Part shown: piece after piece, positions 57,432 through 64,000 of the stretch
Numbering within the stretch: position 1 is the stretch's first letter
Layout of the letters: the number at the start of each line of letters is the position of its first letter
NCBI GenBank assembly: GCA_964348785.1
Contig: CAYGDO010000003.1
Coordinates: forward strand, 57,631 to 121,630
DNA: 64,000 nt
From: an uncultured Candidatus Saccharibacteria bacterium
GTDB taxonomy: Bacteria > Patescibacteriota > Minisyncoccia > Phycocordibacterales > 2-02-FULL-43-11
Reading direction: 5' to 3'
Program-made: the position numbers and the translations under genes
Notes under the pieces: generated by a model
What the model was told of the DNA's origin: nothing
Databases searched by the model: none
What the model saw: the letters and a program-made list of their open reading frames with translations, nothing else

Positions 57432-59252
57432 TTATAATCCAGAAGATCTAAATTCTTCTTTGGCTTTCTTAATGTTTAATAGTTGTGATGGATCTGAGGT
57501 TATTATTTGATCTTCAGTATAAGAAGCAATAATTTTAATGGCTACGTGTTTTAATCCTACAAAGAATATCCCCTCTCCTACCGATGACTCTAACAAAAGA
57601 TATTTTTCTTCATCTGTTAGATGAAAGATTTCTTGAATTCTATCCATTACTGACGGTGATTGTTTTAGAAGGATTTGCATTGAAGAGTTGGTGATTATGG
57701 GTGTGCCGTAAGGTGATTTCAAGAAATCATCAACGTCCTGAGTAATAGTTGATACCCCTAGATAATATTTTCTCCCTCTTTTAACCATTCTCGTTAAAAA
57801 AGAAGCCGTATCGTCTGATTTCATCATCCACCACGCCTCATCAATGACAAGCAGTCTCTTTTTAAGATTTTTTCTAATGGCAGACCAGATATGGTGGGTA
57901 ATTAAAAAGGTAGCAACAGATTTTAATTCATCCTCCATATCTCTAATAGAAAAGACTATGAATTTACTGTTGATATCAACGTTGGACGGGTTGTTTAGGA
58001 ACCCGCTCCATGTGCCTTTTGTGTATTTACTCAATCTTTCTACCAGAGATTTTGAACCCTCCATACCGCTTAATACTGACTCAAAATCAGATAGTAATGG
58101 TGGCGGAATATTAGTGAAATCATTTTCTGGCGTTATGTCTTTTGAGGAATAGGTTTCGCTTATGGCCTGATCAATTATGGCATCTTCTTCTGGGGTAAGT
58201 CCTCCCAACATTATCCTAAATAGACCAACTAAATTTATAATATGCGATCTTAAAATATCAGAAGGAAGCTCGTCTTCTTTAGGAGGTGGTAAATCAAACG
58301 GATTTATATGGTGTTCTGAATTAAGAGAAATGTTAAAGTATTTTCCTCCTACTGATTCAGCCAATTGAGAGTACTCGTTTTCTGGGTCTATGACCATCAC
58401 ATCAACGTCAAACATCAAAGATCGAAGAATTTCTAATTTGCATGTATATGACTTTCCCGAACCTGATTGGGCGAAAGTTACGGAATTGTAGTTTGGTAGT
58501 GAAAATCTATCAAAGATAACCAAGCTGGCGTTATGTCTATTTATTCCGTATAAAATTCCCTTATTGTCAGTTAAATCGAAAGATACAAAAGGAAAAATAC
58601 TTGAAAGAGGTGCAGAATTTAATTTATTATGAACTAAAAGTTTGTCTTCGCATAAAGGCATAACACTTAAAAACCCTTGTTCTTGTTGGAAAAGAGCCGG
58701 TTTAATAAAAATCATTTTTGCTTCAAGAATGGATTTGACTTCAGACTCAACTTTGTTTATTTCTTCTTCGGTGTCGCCGTAAATTGTTAAATAGAGACCA
58801 ACGTCAAACATTTTTTCTTGAGCTTGCATTAGATTATCTCTAAGGCTTTCTAAATCTTGGTAAGCGGTATCTAACATGGGATCTCTAACGAACCCTTTTT
58901 TCTCTCTTTCGGCAATTTGGCTTTGAACCTGAGCCACTTTTTGTTGAAAGGCCTTTAGGACCTTTGCTGTATCGGTTGGATGGACAAAGATGGCGATATC
59001 AAAGACTTTATCCAAATTTATTATAGGAGAAAACCAGCCCTCGTTTAAAAATCTTGGATATGAGATTACAAAATATGTTCTAGCAATTTTGTCTCCCAAG
59101 TTTAGACTTTTAGGACTTATTTTAAGTGCTGCAGGAGCGATAATATCACTTGTTTTAACAGAATCTGATTGATAAAACTGGCCAGGTATTGTTGCCCCGT
59201 TTTCGTTTGTTTTATCTGTTTTTTTTGATTTTAAAAAGTCAAAAATTCCCAT
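57432..59252 (-). CDS. virB4: VirB4/TrbE/CagE-family conjugal-transfer ATPase, C-terminal ATPase portion
   Basis: Walker A FAQSGSGKSYTCK; Walker B RLLVIDEAWWMM; …GVSTITQDVDDF…QS…, the VirB4 C-terminal signature. Confidence 0.65.
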   Translation of the reverse strand: MGIFDFLKSKKTDKTNENGATIPGQFYQSDSVKTSDIIAPAALKISPKSLNLGDKIARTYFVISYPRFLNEGWFSPIINLDKVFDIAIFVHPTDTAKVLKAFQQKVAQVQSQIAEREKKGFVRDPMLDTAYQDLESLRDNLMQAQEKMFDVGLYLTIYGDTEEEINKVESEVKSILEAKMIFIKPALFQQEQGFLSVMPLCEDKLLVHNKLNSAPLSSIFPFVSFDLTDNKGILYGINRHNASLVIFDRFSLPNYNSVTFAQSGSGKSYTCKLEILRSLMFDVDVMVIDPENEYSQLAESVGGKYFNISLNSEHHINPFDLPPPKEDELPSDILRSHIINLVGLFRIMLGGLTPEEDAIIDQAISETYSSKDITPENDFTNIPPPLLSDFESVLSGMEGSKSLVERLSKYTKGTWSGFLNNPSNVDINSKFIVFSIRDMEDELKSVATFLITHHIWSAIRKNLKKRLLVIDEAWWMMKSDDTASFLTRMVKRGRKYYLGVSTITQDVDDFLKSPYGTPIITNSSMQILLKQSPSVMDRIQEIFHLTDEEKYLLLESSVGEGIFFVGLKHVAIKIIASYTEDQIITSDPSQLLNIKKAKEEFRSSGL

Positions 59253-59253
59253 T

Positions 59254-59916
59254 TTATTTTTGTTCTATTATAGGGCTATGATTTTCCCCAGGGTTAAACA
59301 ATTTATAATAAAATTCCACTAACTCTTCTGTTCCCAGCCTTACTGATCTGATACCACAACGTAATAGTGCTTGTTCGGCTATGGCCACTCTCTGTTCGAG
59401 TTGCACTTTATTTTCTTCAAAAGTCATTTTTTCCTGTTCTTCTTTATTGTTACTTGTTGCTTTTTTTGATCCGCCCTGGATTATATCTGTAAATGACGTT
59501 GAAACACCGTGACTGCCCCCTGAAATTAAAGTTGAGGCGTAAGGTATAACTACAAAAAATCTTTTACTCATTATATTGGAGTTTTGTGTGAACTGTTGTA
59601 TGAAATTAATATATTCTTTTGTTTGGATTTTTAGAAGGTCGTTTAACTGTTCTTTGTACCTTTGTTCAAGTTGGGCTATATATGGCTTTATATCCATTCT
59701 TCTTGATTCAATAAATATTTCTACTGAAAAATCTAAAACATTCAAAAAATTTTGAAACTGGAGTATGGTGGCTTGTTGTATATCTGCTGATTGTAAATCA
59801 AAATTGATAGATGAAGCCATCAAAATTACTCTAAGTGAATTATCTTTGAGAATTAATGTCCCATCTCTTATTTCTTTTATTGGTAAAAAATCTTGTGTTG
59901 CTTTTCCTGAAGACAT
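59254..59916 (-). CDS. VirB4 N-terminal domain encoded as a separate ORF (split gene or frameshift)
   Basis: …FLPIKEIRDGTLILKDNSLRVILMASSINFDLQSADIQQATILQFQNFLNVLDFSVEIFIESRRMD…, the pattern of the TrbE/VirB4 N-terminal domain. It ends 1 nt before the ATPase ORF start. Confidence 0.5.
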   Translation of the reverse strand: MSSGKATQDFLPIKEIRDGTLILKDNSLRVILMASSINFDLQSADIQQATILQFQNFLNVLDFSVEIFIESRRMDIKPYIAQLEQRYKEQLNDLLKIQTKEYINFIQQFTQNSNIMSKRFFVVIPYASTLISGGSHGVSTSFTDIIQGGSKKATSNNKEEQEKMTFEENKVQLEQRVAIAEQALLRCGIRSVRLGTEELVEFYYKLFNPGENHSPIIEQK

Positions 59917-60024
59917 ATTTAAAAGGTGTTTATGTCTTATATTATAACCTAAAACAGTTTTAATAGATTATTTAATTGGTAATTTTGTGGAAAATTAGCA
60001 ATTAAATAAAAACAAGGATTTTTC

Positions 60025-60432
60025 TTATTTTTTACTTTGTCCAGTTAAGTCTAATAGATTGTCTAAATTGTTTACCTTACCCTCTTTTATATTTTTAGGG
60101 GAAACCATTTTTGGTATGTTTGAAGGGATGTTTATGTTTACGTTTTGTGGTTGATCAACTTTTTTCCAAAGATAAATTTTTGAGGAAATAATATATTTTA
60201 ATCCAGCTTCTAGTGTGAAGATAAAAGGTTTGCCATTTATTTTAACGAAGGCTAATGAGACAGATAAAAGCACCATTGGAGCAATTACAATGATAGCAAA
60301 AACTAAAGGTAAAAATTTGTAGGCAATATATGATAAAGCAACTCCTCCGGTTACATATACAAATTGTTTGGCCGTGAAAGGACCAAAGATTGTATCTTCT
60401 ACGCCAATAAATTGTGGTACTTGGAATCTCAT
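60025..60432 (-). CDS. VirB3-like small membrane protein (Gram-positive PrgI/TcpE type)
   Basis: 135 aa with two TM helices (YVTGGVALSYIAYKFLPLVF and AIIVIAPMVLLSVSLAFV), positioned just upstream of the VirB4-like ORFs. Confidence 0.4.
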   Translation of the reverse strand: MRFQVPQFIGVEDTIFGPFTAKQFVYVTGGVALSYIAYKFLPLVFAIIVIAPMVLLSVSLAFVKINGKPFIFTLEAGLKYIISSKIYLWKKVDQPQNVNINIPSNIPKMVSPKNIKEGKVNNLDNLLDLTGQSKK

Positions 60433-60433
60433 T

Positions 60434-61396
60434 TTATTCTTCTAGGGCTTCGCGATAAGGGTCTACATTGTAATTTTTTCTTTCCATAGGTATATGAACT
60501 CTTTTTGTCATTTTGTCCTCGGTAGGGTTTGATAGATTATCCGCTTTCGGTATTTCTATTTTTGGTTTAGGCACATTTTCAATTTTTACTTCTGGTTTTG
60601 GTGGCGTAGGAACTGTGGTTTTATTATTTTCAATAGGGGTCGGAACTGAATTTATCGATTCCCCAACTTTTATTTGTCTTATTTGTGGAATATTACCACT
60701 GCCAAATTTTCCCCTTGTTCCTGATAAAAATGGAAATTCTTCTTTTATGGCAGGCGCTTTAACTGCTGGTAATTCCTCACCTGATTTTTTGGCTATATCT
60801 CTTTGCATTGTTCTTACTATAGGCACTTCTCTTTGCACTTCTTCAGTGGGTAAGTTTTCTGGGATTTTGGGTTCAATTTTTTCTGGGACTGGCGGACTGT
60901 TTTTTTGAGTACTGGTTGAAAATTTTGCTGGAGGCGGGTTTTCTAGGTCTCTTAATACTTGTTCTCTTGAGATTTTTTCGTATATGGTATCGCTTATATT
61001 ACTAGGCGAGTTTGTTTGAATCGGTGAAGTGGGAGTTGCCGGTACTACTGGTTCGTGTAGATTTGGTAGTAAATCAGATTTTCTACCATACAAATCACCT
61101 TTTATTCTGTCTATGATTTCTGTTGTTATAAAAGCCGAAATTGCCCCCATATTTTTCTGATTATCTTCATCTAAAATTTCTAATAGAGCCGTTTCCGTTG
61201 ATCCAAGAGTTTGATCTCCATTTAGAATTTTATAAACAAGTTCACAAATATTACTAATCTCATCTATTGTTAATTCAAGTTTGTCTCCCAAGTCGTATAT
61301 AAATAAAACATAATCTTTCGTTAGATTAACATTTTTTTCTTTATACATTTTCTGCAATAAAGAAGTTAGTTGTTGTTGTTTATCGTAATTATCCAT
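60434..61396 (-). CDS. Pro-rich hypothetical protein of the T4SS-like block
   Basis: 320 aa, with a structured N-terminal ~110 aa and then a P/T/K/E-rich extended region. Confidence 0.35.
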   Translation of the reverse strand: MDNYDKQQQLTSLLQKMYKEKNVNLTKDYVLFIYDLGDKLELTIDEISNICELVYKILNGDQTLGSTETALLEILDEDNQKNMGAISAFITTEIIDRIKGDLYGRKSDLLPNLHEPVVPATPTSPIQTNSPSNISDTIYEKISREQVLRDLENPPPAKFSTSTQKNSPPVPEKIEPKIPENLPTEEVQREVPIVRTMQRDIAKKSGEELPAVKAPAIKEEFPFLSGTRGKFGSGNIPQIRQIKVGESINSVPTPIENNKTTVPTPPKPEVKIENVPKPKIEIPKADNLSNPTEDKMTKRVHIPMERKNYNVDPYREALEE

Positions 61397-61405
61397 TGTT
61401 TTATT

Positions 61406-63997
61406 TTATTCATCACTATACCTTTTTCTTTTTGCTCCTGATGCTGTAGGTGTGTTCATTCGAGTCACTAGATCTTGTAATGCAGTATCAAGTTCCGCTG
61501 GATCATTGAAAGCGGAAGATTTCACCCCTACTAATTTTGATTCCAAATCTTCAAAAATTTTTCTTAATTCTGGTGCTATCGCTCCTTCTTGTTTGAACAT
61601 TTTTCCTTCTTTTTCATTCATAATCCAAATTAAAGTATCAAAGTTTTCTTTGCTCATTTGCCTTCCTTCTTTTCCGCTCGTCGCCATAAATTTTACTTGA
61701 TCTTCCATAGCTCCCAAGAAATGATTCATTAATATTTTTATTTCTCCAATGTCTTTATCGCCGAATTTTCTTGTTATACCTCTATCAAAGAACCTTGAGG
61801 CATCAGAATTTTGCCACATATAGCCTCTCATTTTGGCAACCTCTTCTTGTGTTTTTCCGGAAATACCTTCTTGAATGTAACCCAATCCAATTTTTCTTAG
61901 AGCTTTTTGTTCGGCGTTCATATTTTGGATATATTCAGCGTAAGACCCGTCTTCCATTTTTTCTCCTACCGCACTTCTTATGGTGGTCGATTTTTCTTTT
62001 TCCCATTCTTCCTCTGTCATGTTTTGAAGGAAATCTTTAAATTCTTTTGTAGATGCTTTTGCCGAATCAACCAATCCTAAATCAACATAAATTTTTTTCA
62101 TTGTTTCGATGCTTGGTTTGTTGACTCCCAATCCTGCAGCAAGAACCTCACCATCTCCGACTATTTGGCTTTTTCTTTCTCTCATTTTGTCTCTATCCAC
62201 TGAAGCTATGTTTTCACTGTTTCTTGCATAGTCTATGGCCCCTTGTCTAACAGTGCTACAAAATTCTGGGTCTTGAGCTAGCTCTTCTGGATGAACTTTG
62301 TATATCCAGTCCATTTCTTTTGGACTCATTGCTCTTAGCCAGTTTCTTACTGTTGGGTCTACATCTCTAATACTTGGTTTTTTTGGCTCTTCAGGTATTG
62401 CTATGCCCGCCTTTTTTGCCGTATCAATTGCTAATTTAACATCAACTTCATCATCTATATTTATTTTCCTTCCCAATACTTTTTCGGCCTCTTCGAATAC
62501 TTTTGCCATACCTTCAATGTATTCACCCTGTTTTTTTTCAAATTCTTCCATCGGTCCTTTTAGTCTGCCAAAAGCGTCTTTGACGTGAGCGTATCTGGCT
62601 TGTAACGATTTGTCTTTTTCTTCGTCTGTTAATCTATCACCTCCTTGGACCGCGCTTATTTGAGCCTGTGATGCATTTCTCATTATTACTTCATTAAACA
62701 AAGTTTTTTTGGCCATATGAGAAAAAGCTTTTGGTGACAATTTAACCAAAATTCTCTGTATGTCGCCATCTGCTTTTTCGAGAGCCTTACTTTTATTTGA
62801 TTGGGCTTTTTTAACTTCTTTTTGAGCTTTTTTGAGTTCTTCTTTTGCTTTATCAATATCAACTGTTGAGGCACCAGTATTTTGAAGTCTTTTAACCTCA
62901 TCTTTAGCTGAAAGAGCTTTGTCTTTAGCCTTCTGAACTTCTGCGTTTTGAGTTTGCTCAACTGTTGTTCTGGTTTGTGCTAAATGCTCAGCCTCTTCCT
63001 CATGATGAATTTCTTCTCTTCTTGCTCTTTCTTCAAGGGCCTCTTTGTGGACTTCTTCTGCTGTATGGTGTCCGCCGAAAGTGGCCTTTTCTGCCAAGTA
63101 TCCAGTTGTCATTAATCTGACTTTTTTGCCCAAACCTGTATTTCCAAATTTAGACTCAGAAAACTTTTCATTGAGAGCTCTTATTCCGCCATATCTTACA
63201 GCATTTCTACCAATAAAGCCGGTCGCCATACCTCTCGCATGCTCTGCCCAATGCATAGCTGTCGTTGCCCCTTCTCCAGCGGAATGCTCAGCAATGTGAA
63301 GACAGGCAATCATAAGACCTATGATTATTACGAAATTAAAGAAAACACCTACTGCTCCCAAGAGCGTCCCTGTATCAGTTCCTGCTCCGGAGCTTATAAT
63401 TTCAAGAGATTGTGACACAGTCTTATTAACTGTGATTCCTACTAAGCTATTTTCACTTTGAATAATTTTTCCGACAATATAAGCCATGCCCATAAAGATG
63501 GGAGCAAAAAATGCTTGATGGAAAAGTTTGTGCCACCAATCGTGAGTATAATTGCCCATATGAGGTACGACCCAAGCAATGAAAGCAAAAGGAGAAGTAA
63601 TCATTAATATTACTAAAGATAGAGTCCTGTATACCATTAATATAGATCCTGCAATAAAAACCCAGCAAGCCACTAAAATCATTACTGATCCAAATGCTCC
63701 TATCATAATGATTTTTGTTAGACCTAAAGTTCTAAATCCTTCAGGATCGTAAATTCCTTGCATTCTTAGGCCTTGCATAAAAACGCCGGACAGAGTCCCG
63801 TCTCCTCCATCGGTAATCAAGTCATAGAAATGGAGAGCTATGACGTTGGCTACGTCAATAACAGCTTTTGTAATAAACAAACTGAAGTTTATAAGAAGAG
63901 CCGCCACAACAATTTTCATTATAGAGCCCATGGTTGAGCCGTGGTGTAGCCCTAAAATTGTAGACAAACCCACCCATAGGACTAAAAAAATGAACAC
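61406..63997 (-). CDS. VirB6/TrbL-like polytopic membrane protein with a large C-terminal hydrophilic coiled-coil domain. The N-terminus probably runs off the window end.
   Basis: At least 6 TM helices within the first ~250 aa (…IMIGAFGSVMILVACWVFIAGSILMVY…SPFAFIAWVVPHMG…), then ~600 aa that are hydrophilic and coiled-coil-rich. Confidence 0.45.
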   Translation of the reverse strand: MFIFLVLWVGLSTILGLHHGSTMGSIMKIVVAALLINFSLFITKAVIDVANVIALHFYDLITDGGDGTLSGVFMQGLRMQGIYDPEGFRTLGLTKIIMIGAFGSVMILVACWVFIAGSILMVYRTLSLVILMITSPFAFIAWVVPHMGNYTHDWWHKLFHQAFFAPIFMGMAYIVGKIIQSENSLVGITVNKTVSQSLEIISSGAGTDTGTLLGAVGVFFNFVIIIGLMIACLHIAEHSAGEGATTAMHWAEHARGMATGFIGRNAVRYGGIRALNEKFSESKFGNTGLGKKVRLMTTGYLAEKATFGGHHTAEEVHKEALEERARREEIHHEEEAEHLAQTRTTVEQTQNAEVQKAKDKALSAKDEVKRLQNTGASTVDIDKAKEELKKAQKEVKKAQSNKSKALEKADGDIQRILVKLSPKAFSHMAKKTLFNEVIMRNASQAQISAVQGGDRLTDEEKDKSLQARYAHVKDAFGRLKGPMEEFEKKQGEYIEGMAKVFEEAEKVLGRKINIDDEVDVKLAIDTAKKAGIAIPEEPKKPSIRDVDPTVRNWLRAMSPKEMDWIYKVHPEELAQDPEFCSTVRQGAIDYARNSENIASVDRDKMRERKSQIVGDGEVLAAGLGVNKPSIETMKKIYVDLGLVDSAKASTKEFKDFLQNMTEEEWEKEKSTTIRSAVGEKMEDGSYAEYIQNMNAEQKALRKIGLGYIQEGISGKTQEEVAKMRGYMWQNSDASRFFDRGITRKFGDKDIGEIKILMNHFLGAMEDQVKFMATSGKEGRQMSKENFDTLIWIMNEKEGKMFKQEGAIAPELRKIFEDLESKLVGVKSSAFNDPAELDTALQDLVTRMNTPTASGAKRKRYSDE

Positions 63998-64000
63998 TAT

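Noticed and set aside
1-64000. CRISPR arrays
   Set aside because: No series of regularly spaced identical 24-40-bp repeats was seen anywhere in the window. The direct repeats present are isolated pairs.

Overview
This is a low-GC (~33%) genome segment dense with small genes, with a CPR/Patescibacteria-like gene repertoire; the gene calls below rest on recognisable protein motifs in the ORF translations and on hand-folded tRNAs, with no database searches. Housekeeping genes include nusG/secE, folD, tsaC, polA, holA, tsaE, ruvA/ruvB/ruvC, yebC, tyrS, a class A PBP, murE, fpg, rplS, rpsT, uppS and acyP. The replication-origin block reads dciA-like, dnaN, dnaA, then rpmH-rnpA-yidC-jag. I folded nine tRNAs by hand: His-GTG, Leu-GAG, Val-TAC, Arg-TCT, Ser-TGA, Arg-GCG, Val-GAC, Lys-TTT, plus several tRNA-derived fragments. 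A CsoR-regulated copper-resistance operon runs csoR, DUF305, copA, an HMA-membrane protein, a membrane protein and a cupredoxin-like protein, with a perfect palindromic operator. Type IV pilus genes are split between pilM-pilN-pilO and a distant pilB. The largest accessory locus is an ~11.6 kb minus-strand block (52.4-64 kb) resembling a Gram-positive/CPR-type type IV secretion or conjugation system: a VirB4-like ATPase apparently split into two ORFs, a VirB3-like protein, a VirB6/TrbL-like polytopic membrane protein, and several secreted, coiled-coil or low-complexity proteins. Two high-GC islands (28.2-29.4 kb and 37.8-38.9 kb) each encode a secreted protein, and the two share an MK(R)TL(V/I)VLLSV signal peptide; one is a Gly/Tyr/Gln-rich repeat protein. 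A LAGLIDADG homing endonuclease abuts tRNA-Leu, whose 3' end is duplicated 260 bp downstream. Other features are a 21-bp perfect inverted-repeat MITE-like element, an over-represented CCCGTTAGAAGC 12-mer that occurs as inverted pairs downstream of genes (a candidate uptake-signal-like motif), and a tRNA-rich cassette carrying a SWIB-domain gene bounded by ~40-bp direct repeats.
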